The notes beneath the pieces are model-generated. The model was not told the DNA's origin and ran no database searches. It saw nothing but the letters and a program-made list of their open reading frames with translations. 33,366 nucleotides of DNA, taken from IMG/VR virus record IMGVR_UViG_3300037854_000076, positions 1-33,366 of that record; one strand, written 5' to 3'. Origin of the DNA: a virus. Its lineage: Duplodnaviria > Caudoviricetes. Both the position numbers and the translations under genes were made by a program. Of the stretch, positions 1 to 10,305 are shown piece by piece. How positions within the stretch are numbered: the stretch's first letter is position 1; each line of letters begins with the position of its first letter.

Positions 1-549
1 TTAACGAGGGAACAGCTCCGCCGGTGCTGCAAACTCATACGGCAAGTCATCAGACTTCCAGCGGCAGTTACACATCAGGAAGCGATCACCCTCCAAGTCC
101 TCATCAGACATCGGACGAGCATTGAAGTTGATCAGGATCGGAGTCAAGTCCTCATTCAATGGAACGAGCATCTGATTGTCCGCAAACATAAACCCAGCCC
201 CGAAATCAGTCCGCTTCAACAAGTTATTGTAGAAGGCCAGATTAGAGCCTACTCCCTTGTGTCTGAAAGGCACATCATAGGAGTGGTTATTGTATTCGGT
301 GTCAGTTCTACCGATACCAGGGATCTGGTTCTCAGTAGGCTCCGGGAAGCTCCCGGTAACAGGGTTTATGATCACGATGTCACCCGCAGTGATACCAGTT
401 TCCCAAGTGGTAGCATCATCTGTAAGGGCAGAGACATCAAACCCAGTCTTAAATAGTGCAATGCCGATGATTCGGGCATTCTCTTTCGTGCTGTCTGCCG
501 GTACAAACGCCGGTAGTGCTGCACTGTCATCATACGCTGTAATTGCCAT
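1..549 (-). CDS. Virion structural protein, candidate major tail tube protein (182 aa)
   Basis: Size and acidic, beta-rich composition; shares its leader motif with the capsid gene; no other tube candidate recognised in the window. Confidence 0.5.
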   Translation of the reverse strand: MAITAYDDSAALPAFVPADSTKENARIIGIALFKTGFDVSALTDDATTWETGITAGDIVIINPVTGSFPEPTENQIPGIGRTDTEYNNHSYDVPFRHKGVGSNLAFYNNLLKRTDFGAGFMFADNQMLVPLNEDLTPILINFNARPMSDEDLEGDRFLMCNCRWKSDDLPYEFAAPAELFPR

Positions 550-582
550 AGCTATATAGTGGTTTAGTTGGTTAAATTTAAT

Positions 583-939
583 TTACAAATGCGGAATAAT
601 CGTATCAAGAATGATAGTTCGAACTTCGGGGTCTGTATCTGTATTGTAACTTATGCTATTGAGTTCCATACTGTACTGTTTTAAATCTATGGTTATTGGA
701 GTTGATAAATCAGGTATAATTTCGGCATTTCCGTCTTGGTCGGTGGTTGTAGTAACCGATCCTCCTGTGTTATTCACGGTTACTTGCACATTGCTTAAAG
801 GCACTCCCTTGTAGTCTGTCACTTTGATAAATCGCAAACTGTCTGGAAACTCCTGAATAATAGCACGAAATCCAGTCGGGAAGGTGTAGGGCCTCCTTCC
901 CGAAGATAACTCCTGCGATATTCCTGCAAATGTACCCAT
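583..939 (-). CDS. Tail-associated protein with Ig-like/carboxypeptidase-regulatory-like domain (118 aa)
   Basis: IKVTDYKGVPLSNVQVTV...TTTDQDGNA pattern; start overlaps the upstream stop. Confidence 0.6.
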   Translation of the reverse strand: MGTFAGISQELSSGRRPYTFPTGFRAIIQEFPDSLRFIKVTDYKGVPLSNVQVTVNNTGGSVTTTTDQDGNAEIIPDLSTPITIDLKQYSMELNSISYNTDTDPEVRTIILDTIIPHL

Positions 940-2333
940 TAGAATGCCCGGTTATTGGTTAATCGGATTTTAGCCTGTGCCCATCGTGCATTGATTCCGT
1001 TGGGTGTGCCCCCGATAGATTCAGGATTGCCGTTTCCATATCTTACGCCTAGGACGGTGACAATAGTAGGCTTGGTATTCCACTCCTGACGGTAGTAGGC
1101 TCCCGGAGTAGTGCCTAAAGCCACATTGTCATTATCCCATTCAGATTCCGTGGATGGCATACCGATAGACTGAGAGGTTCGAAGCTCATATAGCAGCCTG
1201 TTTGGGGTTAATCCTGCCTGAGATAGCGGAGAATAAGAAGCAGGGAAATTATCCGGTACGTTGTTATTCCCTGCGCTTCCACCTGCTTCCGATCCGGCAA
1301 ACGAAAGTAAAGCGTCCAAGAATATGCGTTGAACTTCTGTTATTGATTCAGATATCTTCCAAGTAATCGTGATAAACCCTTCTGTTGCCGGGGATTGAAT
1401 ACGCCAATTTGCAGGATCGGTTGCCGTATCGATATCTGTGGTGGTAATTGTTATATTTGGGTCCGAAGCGTTTACAGGGATTTTTTTTCCAGGCCGAACA
1501 GACCCAATAAATCCATAAGTATTTGTTTTTTTTAATAAATCAGAATTAGCTTCAACTACTCTGTTTACTGGATCAATAATCAAAGGATTAATTCCAGCAA
1601 AATTCCCATTAAGATAAACATTGGACCAGCCGGGAGCTGAAGCTAAGTCTTGAATACTTGCATTTGCGTCTGGCCTGGGGCTTCCATCAATTAAAAGTTT
1701 TAACTCATAACTTTGCCCACTAAAAACGATGACACCATTTAATAAGTTATTTGTTACTTGAGAAATATTAATAGTATCAGGAACCACTAAAGTTGCAGAT
1801 TTATCTAAATAACAGTCTTTAATCCAGCAAGCAGATGGGGTTACAATTGAAACAGAGCACATAAAAAGTGATGAAAGTATAATTGCGCCTACTGAATCAA
1901 TTAATATTTCATTATTAATATTTGGGCTTAAAAAAACTAATCTATAACTAGTTCTATTCGCTGAACCTGTATTGGCACATCTAAAAACATCTACTTTGTC
2001 TAAAATACAATTGTCAAATCTGTTAACAAAGTTCGGATCATTACCAACAATACTAGCATTTTTAAAATGAATATTTTCTTGAAGAAAATTTGCATCACTA
2101 GGCAGGCGTAATTGATCTCCTTGACCATCAATAATTACTTTTCCATCTCCTATCAATCTGTACCGATTTACCCCCCAATTCCCGACATAATATCCTGTTC
2201 CTAGTATTACTGTTCCTGTTTGATTAGGAGCATCAGCAGGATGAGCAAAAGGAGTTAAGGCACTTCCATCATTCAATGAATCACCGTTCCACTCACTTAC
2301 ATAGTATGTCCCTGTTTTTTTAAACTCACTCAT
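939..2333 (-). CDS. Putative tail fibre/receptor-binding protein, beta-helix-like N-terminal half (464 aa)
   Basis: YYVS..NGDS.NDGS..TPF and VILGTG.Y motifs typical of pectin-lyase-fold N-termini; position in the tail module; AT-rich centre. Confidence 0.6.
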   Translation of the reverse strand: MSEFKKTGTYYVSEWNGDSLNDGSALTPFAHPADAPNQTGTVILGTGYYVGNWGVNRYRLIGDGKVIIDGQGDQLRLPSDANFLQENIHFKNASIVGNDPNFVNRFDNCILDKVDVFRCANTGSANRTSYRLVFLSPNINNEILIDSVGAIILSSLFMCSVSIVTPSACWIKDCYLDKSATLVVPDTINISQVTNNLLNGVIVFSGQSYELKLLIDGSPRPDANASIQDLASAPGWSNVYLNGNFAGINPLIIDPVNRVVEANSDLLKKTNTYGFIGSVRPGKKIPVNASDPNITITTTDIDTATDPANWRIQSPATEGFITITWKISESITEVQRIFLDALLSFAGSEAGGSAGNNNVPDNFPASYSPLSQAGLTPNRLLYELRTSQSIGMPSTESEWDNDNVALGTTPGAYYRQEWNTKPTIVTVLGVRYGNGNPESIGGTPNGINARWAQAKIRLTNNRAF

Positions 2334-2560
2334 TACTCAGCTTTTTTAAGTGATTTTTGATTTTTCTTCTGGGCAAATTTAGAAGGATGCTCCTTGGGGT
2401 TCACGTACTCGATCACATTTTCAACCTCTCCTAGCTCATGGGTATATTTCATTTTCAGTACACGAATCCGGTCTTCGGATAGCACCTCGTATTCCAGTAG
2501 CTCGGGAGTGCCTTCGGCCATGATCTTCTCAATGATTTGCTCGTCTGTTAATTCTTCCAT
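2333..2560 (-). CDS. Small hypothetical protein (75 aa), possible fibre chaperone
   Basis: Tightly coupled ORF between two fibre-like genes. Confidence 0.65.
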   Translation of the reverse strand: MEELTDEQIIEKIMAEGTPELLEYEVLSEDRIRVLKMKYTHELGEVENVIEYVNPKEHPSKFAQKKNQKSLKKAE

Positions 2561-2562
2561 GA

Positions 2563-3495
2563 TTATGCGAGTTCTACGTTATCAATCCATACTAATATTT
2601 TCCCGGAAGGGCTACCCTTGTAAATCAATTGGTTGATATCTCCGGTGTTATTGCTCCAAGTATCCATCTGAACCACAAAGTCAGAAGTGAAAGTTGGCTT
2701 TCCTCCTGTTCCATTTACCTGAATCAGTTGGACGGTTTTATTTTCAAAGTTGCTTGTAGGAGTTAGGAAAGTCCCTTTTGTAATTCCTATCGCTCCGGTC
2801 TGCACGTGATAGGACTTATAGTTCCCATCCATGTTGATCACCGTGGAAAATGGTATAAGCTCTAAGCCTCCGCCTCCTGCTGGTGGATCTATCCATTCCG
2901 CATCCCCGTCAGTATTGCTTGCTTTAGCAAGAAACTGACCTGTTGTACCTCCATTTGGCACTCCATCAGCTCCCGGCTCTCCCTGCGGTCCCTGCTCTCC
3001 TTGTGGGCCTTGTGGACCTTGAGGCCCTGTTTCACCCTGCGGACCTTGTGGGCCTGTTGCTCCGGTAGGTCCGGCGGGGCCTTGCGGGCCTGCTGGACCG
3101 GTTTCACCTTGTGGGCCAGTCTCTCCCTGTGGGCCTTGGGGACCTGTGGCACCAGTTGCGCCGGTAGGACCAGCTGGTCCAGTCTCCCCCTGCTCTCCCA
3201 CTAAGCTTTCCAGCCATTGGGCTTCGGTACCAACAAATCCATTATCAACCGCAATCTCATACGCTGACTGTCCCACCAACGTCTCCAACCACTCCTCTTC
3301 TGTACCCACAAAGCCTTCATTGACGGCTACTTGATAGGCACTTAGGCCATTTCCTGAGCCCAGAGCGGCCAGCAACTGAGCATAGGTACACTTGACATCC
3401 TTATTGGTCTGAAAGTCCCTCAGGATGATTAGGTCATTGGGGTGAAAAGCCAGTATTTTGGCTCCTAACTGGGTTATATTCTTATCTCCTGCCAT
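2563..3495 (-). CDS. Collagen-like tail fibre protein (310 aa)
   Basis: About 26 consecutive G-X-Y triplets; two SAY(Q/E)xAVxxGFVGTExxWLExLVG repeats; [18 protein letters not shown] motif. Confidence 0.85.
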   Translation of the reverse strand: MAGDKNITQLGAKILAFHPNDLIILRDFQTNKDVKCTYAQLLAALGSGNGLSAYQVAVNEGFVGTEEEWLETLVGQSAYEIAVDNGFVGTEAQWLESLVGEQGETGPAGPTGATGATGPQGPQGETGPQGETGPAGPQGPAGPTGATGPQGPQGETGPQGPQGPQGEQGPQGEPGADGVPNGGTTGQFLAKASNTDGDAEWIDPPAGGGGLELIPFSTVINMDGNYKSYHVQTGAIGITKGTFLTPTSNFENKTVQLIQVNGTGGKPTFTSDFVVQMDTWSNNTGDINQLIYKGSPSGKILVWIDNVELA

Positions 3496-3502
3496 TGGTT
3501 TA

Positions 3503-3531
3503 CGTCATTGCGAGTGAAGCGAAGCAATCTC
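3503..3531. repeat. CGTC-tagged palindromic element, left half
   Basis: CGTCATTGCGAGTGAAGCGAAGCAATCTC, matching the arms of the other copies. Confidence 0.85.
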
Positions 3532-3535
3532 TCCG

Positions 3536-5254
3536 CTATGGGTTAATTAATAATCTATTACCTGCATTCTGTATCGTCAAGAAGCTGTCCGAACTGTCGA
3601 TCGTACCACCTTCTCTGTTTCGCTCGGTGAATTCCACCTCTTCGAGTCGCACCTGCATATTGGCCAGGTTATGTGCTGGATAATACTCGGGCTCTGGTAC
3701 GTCCTCGGTCTGATAGTCCACACCATTGATCGAGAACTGATCATGACTGAGAGCAATACTGATCTGAGTGACTAGGTAGGGAGGTAGTCCAAACATCTTC
3801 CATTGCAGCGATTTGGTGATAAACTCATCGAGCTTCACCAGCTTGGCTGAGGTCTCCCGGTTGATCGTCTTCTCTCCTCCAGGGAAAGTATCAAATAGCC
3901 TACTCTTGATCCATAGCCGGTGTACCAACTCATTGCCATAGTAGCAGCCATACTCATCATTCTCGTTCGTGTAGTTGACCTCGAGATACTCATCCAGTAG
4001 ATCCGTAACTCGGAAAGGCTCTGATCGAGCAGATACCGCGTCAAACTCAGCATCGGTGCACTCGATCACCGCATAGTATCGTCCATTCGTATTCAGACTG
4101 ATCACCGCCTCATACACCTCATAGGGCTCGGCATTGTATTTCCCGGAGACAGTCACCGCCACGGGAGCAGGTTGATTGATGGTAAAGTCTGCGATCAGCA
4201 CCCGGTTACCCTTTGCAGATCCGCGACCTTCCTGCACACCGCTCACATTAAACTGCCCGCTCACTTGAGTGCCCTGGATATTCACTTTATTACCGGCAAA
4301 GGCAAAATCCGGAAAAGGGTAATTTGGGAAGTAAATCTGTATCCCTACTATGCTCGGATCACTCACTGCAAAGCCAGGTACTTCGATCTCTTGATTGAGA
4401 TTTTCAAGCACCTTGGTAGGCGTAATGGTAGCGACCAAGCTGTCATCAGTCAGATCATAGATCTTCACGGAATTGGTGCCATAGCTGCTGCCAAACTGGA
4501 TAGTGACATCTTCTCCCTTTTTCACCACCTGCTCAAATCGCTGCATGATAATTCCTGGAAAATACTGATTTGCCAGAAGGGTATTATCCTGAGTCTGATA
4601 GGTGTTTACCTGATTCTTGATAAATCGGATCGCTGTGGCCTGCGGTAAATGCAAGAAGGGACCAAAATCAAGATCCGGCAATGGATCAGGATCAGGAAGG
4701 GGCTCCACGATCTCACAGTATGAGGCTTGTATATCGATGATCTCTGAGCTGCTGTTGATGCGATAGGCAGAGGTGCCGATCAGAAACCATCCGTTTCCAT
4801 TGTATGGCAATGGCACAGAGGCCTCAGAGTCGGTATATACCACACTTCCAAGCTCCAGCGCACCCACAAAATACAGATAGGCGCTTCCGTCAAACCCGCA
4901 GACATCTACCACATCATCACCCAGGGGACCACTCGGACCGGTATCAAATCGATACAGTACCGTATTGATCACCTGGGTAGCACAGACAGGGCTATTCACA
5001 GTGAGCACCACATCCCCAAAAGGGAAGGACTGCCGCTTGATCACCTCATAGCGATCAGGTCCAAAGCACTCATCATACATCTTGTTACCAAAAGCAAACT
5101 CCTGCGGGAAGTCCACGAAATCATTGTCCAGGACATTGAAGTTCTTGACGAAATCCGCCTCTACCTGCTTGGTCACATCATTGAAAAAGACCGCGTAGAT
5201 CTTGGTCCCCGCAGACGTGTTTTCCCATGCAAAATCAAGTAATTCCCTAGCCAT
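3536..5254 (-). CDS. Tail tip/structural protein (572 aa from MARELL)
   Basis: Long ORF after the tape measure module; ATG at 5254 overlaps the upstream stop; PLPDPDPLPD linker. Confidence 0.7.
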   Translation of the reverse strand: MARELLDFAWENTSAGTKIYAVFFNDVTKQVEADFVKNFNVLDNDFVDFPQEFAFGNKMYDECFGPDRYEVIKRQSFPFGDVVLTVNSPVCATQVINTVLYRFDTGPSGPLGDDVVDVCGFDGSAYLYFVGALELGSVVYTDSEASVPLPYNGNGWFLIGTSAYRINSSSEIIDIQASYCEIVEPLPDPDPLPDLDFGPFLHLPQATAIRFIKNQVNTYQTQDNTLLANQYFPGIIMQRFEQVVKKGEDVTIQFGSSYGTNSVKIYDLTDDSLVATITPTKVLENLNQEIEVPGFAVSDPSIVGIQIYFPNYPFPDFAFAGNKVNIQGTQVSGQFNVSGVQEGRGSAKGNRVLIADFTINQPAPVAVTVSGKYNAEPYEVYEAVISLNTNGRYYAVIECTDAEFDAVSARSEPFRVTDLLDEYLEVNYTNENDEYGCYYGNELVHRLWIKSRLFDTFPGGEKTINRETSAKLVKLDEFITKSLQWKMFGLPPYLVTQISIALSHDQFSINGVDYQTEDVPEPEYYPAHNLANMQVRLEEVEFTERNREGGTIDSSDSFLTIQNAGNRLLINP

Positions 5255-7310
5255 TATAGTTTGCTCGTAAAAGAGTGAATTGTGCCTCGTTTTTCTCAGT
5301 TCGGCCACGCTCTAGGAGGTAGCCATAGTACTTATTTCCTTCATCATCGATCACTCGGATGATGTCGTATTTCTTTGCTATCAGCTGCCGATCTTCTACC
5401 GCTGTCAGCTTCGCGCTAAACTCATACACCTCAGGTAGCCAAAGCGGATCTCTCAGCTCCACACTTCCGATATCTTGACGCTCTACGATCGCAAAATCCT
5501 CAGACTCTAATTGGGTGCTGAGGTTGCTTTCTGATTCAGAGCTAGCAAATCGCAAGAGGTCATTCTGTCGGTAGTAGCAGGATGATATATTCGCACCCCA
5601 GCGGCGTAGCACACGGCTCGGAATCAGATCCAGATTGTAGAGCGTATCAGCATTCTCCACGCCTTCCACCGTCTCATAGCTTTCATCTCGCAGGCTTTCA
5701 TAGGTACCTTCACCCACACCCCGCTTCACCTGGATGATATACAGATCCTGATCGTTTTGCTGTCTGGTGTTTTGCTTCGCAAAGTCCCTTCGCTTTTCCT
5801 CGATCTTCCAGGAACTTGCTATCAGCTGGGAGCGTAGATCCAGACTCTCCTGCACATAGCGTCCAGGTATGAGATAATTGGACTGGGTGTGTGGATCTTC
5901 GATTGATCCGGGCAGGTCGCTTTCATACTTCGTAAAGCCTACCAATACCTCGGAATAAATCTGCTGATCTGCCACACGCTTGCGGAGCTGTGACACGCCC
6001 TCGATGGTAAATCCCACCTTGCCGGTGAAGAAATAATCAATCCCCTCGATCACTGCCCGGGGACTGCCATCACTCGCGCTTTCTATGCCAATTCCCAAGT
6101 TGTAAAGAGGTGCTAAACCATCAGTAAACAGCTTTCTAAAAGATGTCTTAATCTGTCCTCCCTTCGCTGCCAATCCCTTGCCGGTACCGATCCAACTCAT
6201 CCCGGCCAGTGAGTCAGTTGCATAGCCGATATCTGTTCTGCCCAGGGCAGTACTGTAAAGCGATACATCAGCTCCCAGCATATTCTTGAGAGCCTTTTCG
6301 CAGAGTTCAAATGCCAAAGCCCCTTGCGGGAAAAGATCACCGATCGTCGTGTCAGCGGTGATGATAAACTTATCAGCATCCTTACCGGTAGGCCTTCCAC
6401 TGGCACCACCTACCAAAATCCGAGCCTCATGAGCTCGCCCAGACAGGGCATAGAAGTAAAGCTGATCACCTTTCTTCAGTGACAAATTAGCATCTTCGGT
6501 CACCGTGAAAATATTGTAAGTCGTAGGGCCTTCAGTAATGGATTCAAAGACGGTCGAAACCGCTACCGGCGTACCGTTTCGGTTCACCTTGTAGTAGAAT
6601 TGCAGCTCATCACCCACAGCACTATCGACACGGATTAGAAAATCCACATCAAAAGTATATTCACCCTCTTCTTCCACCTTCAGAATCGGAAAGACCTCTG
6701 TTGTATCGATCGTAGCCCGCTCCTTGATCACTCCTGGTAGCTCATCTATCAGAAACTCATCAAACCCGATCTGAAGGAATTCCCCAGCCCCGAGATCATA
6801 GGTGCGGCTCTCTGTCCAGATAGCGGACAGTGTCCTCCTGATCAGACGGCTGTGCGTTTTCACAATCACATCGGGGATCTCCACCGGGATAAAGTTGTAG
6901 TCAAATGACCAGGTCGTATCGATCAGCACATCCTTTCCCTCTCGGTCCTTGAGTAGTCGCTCGATGCCGCTTGGCGTAGCCTGTACGGACAGCTTGATAT
7001 CTTCAATCTCGCAGGTCTTCATGATCAGCTCACCGCTGAAGTAGGACACATAGCGTCTCAGCTCGGGATCATACTGAAAGACATCCACCCAGACTTGCGC
7101 ATTGTAGCCCTGCCGATTGAAGACATCCTTCACATAGGCATAGCCATCCTTGACAAAGACAAAAGGGCTCGCAATCTCCCGAGCGATGCCATATCGCTTC
7201 ATATCGCGAACCAGCTTAGTCTCCCGGCTTCGCCAGTTTTCCGGCTCATGGATCAGCTCCACCTCTCCACGCAGCTCCGATCTTAATATGAATCGCCACT
7301 CCTTAGCCAT
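5247..7310 (-). CDS. Tail tip/hub protein (687 aa)
   Basis: Directly downstream of the tape measure gene, overlapping it by 8 bp. Confidence 0.7.
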   Translation of the reverse strand: MAKEWRFILRSELRGEVELIHEPENWRSRETKLVRDMKRYGIAREIASPFVFVKDGYAYVKDVFNRQGYNAQVWVDVFQYDPELRRYVSYFSGELIMKTCEIEDIKLSVQATPSGIERLLKDREGKDVLIDTTWSFDYNFIPVEIPDVIVKTHSRLIRRTLSAIWTESRTYDLGAGEFLQIGFDEFLIDELPGVIKERATIDTTEVFPILKVEEEGEYTFDVDFLIRVDSAVGDELQFYYKVNRNGTPVAVSTVFESITEGPTTYNIFTVTEDANLSLKKGDQLYFYALSGRAHEARILVGGASGRPTGKDADKFIITADTTIGDLFPQGALAFELCEKALKNMLGADVSLYSTALGRTDIGYATDSLAGMSWIGTGKGLAAKGGQIKTSFRKLFTDGLAPLYNLGIGIESASDGSPRAVIEGIDYFFTGKVGFTIEGVSQLRKRVADQQIYSEVLVGFTKYESDLPGSIEDPHTQSNYLIPGRYVQESLDLRSQLIASSWKIEEKRRDFAKQNTRQQNDQDLYIIQVKRGVGEGTYESLRDESYETVEGVENADTLYNLDLIPSRVLRRWGANISSCYYRQNDLLRFASSESESNLSTQLESEDFAIVERQDIGSVELRDPLWLPEVYEFSAKLTAVEDRQLIAKKYDIIRVIDDEGNKYYGYLLERGRTEKNEAQFTLLRANYNG

Positions 7311-9573
7311 AGAGGAAATCGTGTGTGGTCTTTACGACCCGTCCATACTTCTTATTTCGCACGGTAGCCCCTGCCTGATCTACGATGATCTGGGTAGCCT
7401 GATTCTTGATATCAGACCTTAGCCCCTGTATTTCGCTTAGCAACCTTCCATCTTCCCGCTTCGATCTTCCTCCTCCCATCAAATCCCCTCGAAGCTTTAA
7501 AGGAACCTTATCCATCACGATTCCCATGAGTTTCTCATAGGTCACATTATCATCCTCGATGATCGGCTTCAGCAGATCACGGAAAGCTCTCGTTTTCTTT
7601 GCCGGTACGACGGATTCACCACGGCTCAGCATGGCATGAATACTATCTGAAGTCTCGGTTCCAGGGCCTTTTAGATCGAGGATACCTTTCGCAAACTTCG
7701 GTAGAGGTTGAGAGATCACAGCAGCTGCCTGGATACCTCCAAGGATCTTTATTGCTGTTGCAAATGGAGGTCCTGCCAAAGGTCCAAAACCGATAGGCGG
7801 TGGAGCCAGTGCAGCAGTAGCCGCTTCAGCTGTATTTCTAAAGATATTAAACAGTGTCAATCCGCGCTGCGCTATGGCCTCACGGATTAATCGAGCTCTT
7901 TCCTTGGCTCTGAGTGCTTCTTTTTTAGCTTGAAATTCCTCCTCAATCAGGATCTGTTGCTCACGGTCATCACCGGCAATACTGAGTCTGGCTTCTTTTT
8001 GCTCCTCAAGCCGCTGAATCTCCATTTCGGTATTCCTGCGACCCATTTCCTCGATATTCATATAGATATCGAGCGTATTGAACATCACCTCGTCACCGAA
8101 TCCACGCCAAAAAGCAGCCGCCTGCTCGGTTGCATCCTTATTGGCTTCTACCCATCGGTTAGCCGCCTCTATGTTTTTCTTAAAAGCCTCTTCTTGCTTG
8201 CTCAGGGCTTTCTCTGTGGTCTCTGCCACATTGCCAAATGGATTGGATCTTGGACCGGCCACAATATCCGAAGCCATCAGCTCGATCAGAGCGATCTCTT
8301 CTTTTCGCTTCTCGATCTGGGCATTGATCCGGGCCAGCTCTGCAGGTCCTGATACCTGAGCTCGTTCTTTTTGCAGAGCGGATATTTCATACTCTAGCTT
8401 TCCGATTACGCCCAGGGCATCGATGCGGGCTTGTTCTTGAGCTAACTTTTCAGCGGCTTTCTTTGCCGCTTCATCCCGGATGCGTTGCTCTTCTTCAGCT
8501 GCTTCAATTGCCGCCTTTCGCTGTCTGCCTTCTTCTTCAAATACCGCTCTGCCTGCGTCGATCCTTCCTTGCTCTGCCTCTGCCATTTTTTGGATGGCTC
8601 CAGCAGCTGCTTCCAGCTGGGCACCGTAGGCAGGATCTGCAAAGGCACGGATAGTCTTGAAGAATCCCATGATAGCACCATCATTCTGAGTCATTTGATT
8701 GACCGCATCCAGACGCGTGGTCAGTGCTCCCAGGGCATTGTTTGACAAGTCGAGTAATCCGGCGATCAGACCGCTGGAACTATCGCCAATAGTGGCAAAA
8801 AGATTGGTGAAATTATCATCCAGGTTGCTGAGCTTACCACCCACCGTCTCAGAGACAGCAGCCATGGAGCCAGACACGCCTTCGACATCACCCAGACTTA
8901 AAATATATCCGCGTATGGCTTGCTCGGTGTTTTCCACTTCAGTGGTCACGCCTCGGAAGGTAAACTTCACCTGATCACCTTCTTTCTTGGCGCGGATACC
9001 AAATTCTTTCAATCGCTCAAATTCACCCACCTGAGCATCGATAATCGCCTCGGTGAGTTGATCGAAGTCTTTGCCCAGAGAAGCGGCAAGATCTCCTAAG
9101 GAAGTCAATTGTTCACGGGTAGGCTTAAAACCCTGATTGACCAACTTCACATAAGAGTCAGTCAATTTGTCTACTTGAAAAGGAGTGTTGGAAGCAAAGT
9201 CCTGTAGCATCCGCATCGACACCTGAGCCGCACTTTGCGAACCGAGCGCAGTCTTTAGTACCGCCTCCATACGCTGAAAATTAGCAGTCACATCAACCAC
9301 TTTGCGGGCAAAATTGACCACCAAAGCAACTGAAAAAGCGGAGGCCATTCCCTTAGCCAGCTGACCCACCTGACCATTCAATCCACCAAAACCTTTCTTG
9401 GCTTTATTGGTAGCCTGATCAGCTTTCTTTCCACTATCTTCGATCGATTGATTCATCTCATCGATCTCCTTTTGGCTCATGCCGGCACGCTTGGCAATCT
9501 CCTCCAGGTACTTCTTGACAGTGTCGAAGCTCTGGGTATTGACGTCTGCGCGAATTGGGATGTTAGTGGACAT
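7303..9573 (-). CDS. Tail tape measure protein (756 aa)
   Basis: DFASNTPFQV...GDLAAS...GEFERLKEFGI tape-measure motif; SNLDDN; C-terminal PKFAKG..GPGTETSDSIHAMLSRGESV. Confidence 0.92.
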   Translation of the reverse strand: MSTNIPIRADVNTQSFDTVKKYLEEIAKRAGMSQKEIDEMNQSIEDSGKKADQATNKAKKGFGGLNGQVGQLAKGMASAFSVALVVNFARKVVDVTANFQRMEAVLKTALGSQSAAQVSMRMLQDFASNTPFQVDKLTDSYVKLVNQGFKPTREQLTSLGDLAASLGKDFDQLTEAIIDAQVGEFERLKEFGIRAKKEGDQVKFTFRGVTTEVENTEQAIRGYILSLGDVEGVSGSMAAVSETVGGKLSNLDDNFTNLFATIGDSSSGLIAGLLDLSNNALGALTTRLDAVNQMTQNDGAIMGFFKTIRAFADPAYGAQLEAAAGAIQKMAEAEQGRIDAGRAVFEEEGRQRKAAIEAAEEEQRIRDEAAKKAAEKLAQEQARIDALGVIGKLEYEISALQKERAQVSGPAELARINAQIEKRKEEIALIELMASDIVAGPRSNPFGNVAETTEKALSKQEEAFKKNIEAANRWVEANKDATEQAAAFWRGFGDEVMFNTLDIYMNIEEMGRRNTEMEIQRLEEQKEARLSIAGDDREQQILIEEEFQAKKEALRAKERARLIREAIAQRGLTLFNIFRNTAEAATAALAPPPIGFGPLAGPPFATAIKILGGIQAAAVISQPLPKFAKGILDLKGPGTETSDSIHAMLSRGESVVPAKKTRAFRDLLKPIIEDDNVTYEKLMGIVMDKVPLKLRGDLMGGGRSKREDGRLLSEIQGLRSDIKNQATQIIVDQAGATVRNKKYGRVVKTTHDFLYG

Positions 9574-10301
9574 CTAGCGTTGTTTTTTGCGTCTCAGCTT
9601 CACCTTAGCGGCTAGCCAGTTGTAATAGTCTTCTGTGGTGTAGCGTTTCACTTTCTCGGCCTCTGAGGCTACCCCGTCACAGTAGGCCAGTGTGATTGTC
9701 TCAAATTGCTTCAGGTGCTTTTCATGCTCTTTCCTGAAAGAATCCGCTCGTAACTTTCCGCTTTGATCTGACTCGCCTTCAAAGATTCCTGAATGTCTGC
9801 CAGTAATGCCTCGCCAGACCCTTTCAAGTGCCTGATGAGGGTGGATAAAAAAAAAGTCTGATTGGGCAGGCTCTTGAAGTACTCCACTTTGCGCTGATTG
9901 TAGTCGTGATCAAAGCAACTCACATCCTCCCGATCATCAAAGTAGAGCAGAGCCGACATCCAATAGTATGTTTCTACCGGCGTGACATTCTGAAGGGTAT
10001 CCCGGAGCATAAACTCATAGGCGTAGAACTTCGCCTTATCTCCCTTTTCAAAAGCATCTTTAAAACCTGCTAAGTACTTCAGTAGAAGCTCCTCATCCAC
10101 ATTCATAGCCAGCTGCTTCACATAGTGCAGATAGTGCACAAAGCGAGCCTCCGGCATATCACCCGGATTCACAAATCGCCAATACCCCGGAAGATCAGGA
10201 ACCGGCTCGATGAGCTTGCGGTTGACCTGATCCAGGGTAAAGGGTTGGTAGGCTAGTTTGGTAAAGAACTTGGCGAGTCTGGCGGCGATTGTCTTCAGCA
10301 T
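9574..10301 (-). CDS. Tail assembly chaperone, -1 frameshifted long form (about 242 aa)
   Basis: T9 slippery run at 9847-9855; the -1 frame is open to a TAG at 9574 that abuts the tape measure ATG. Confidence 0.7.
9711..10301 (-). CDS. Tail assembly chaperone, short form (196 aa)
   Basis: Gene immediately upstream of tape measure; contains the slippery site. Confidence 0.7.
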   Translation of the reverse strand: MLKTIAARLAKFFTKLAYQPFTLDQVNRKLIEPVPDLPGYWRFVNPGDMPEARFVHYLHYVKQLAMNVDEELLLKYLAGFKDAFEKGDKAKFYAYEFMLRDTLQNVTPVETYYWMSALLYFDDREDVSCFDHDYNQRKVEYFKSLPNQTFFLSTLIRHLKGSGEALLADIQESLKASQIKAESYERILSGKSMKST

Positions 10302-10305
10302 AGGA

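Noticed and set aside
2960-3200. DNA-level 9-bp periodic repeats
   Set aside because: Explained by collagen G-X-Y coding.
939-5254. Diversity-generating retroelement or invertible fibre cassette
   Set aside because: No reverse transcriptase, recombinase or template/variable repeat pair seen in the window; one could lie beyond position 1.
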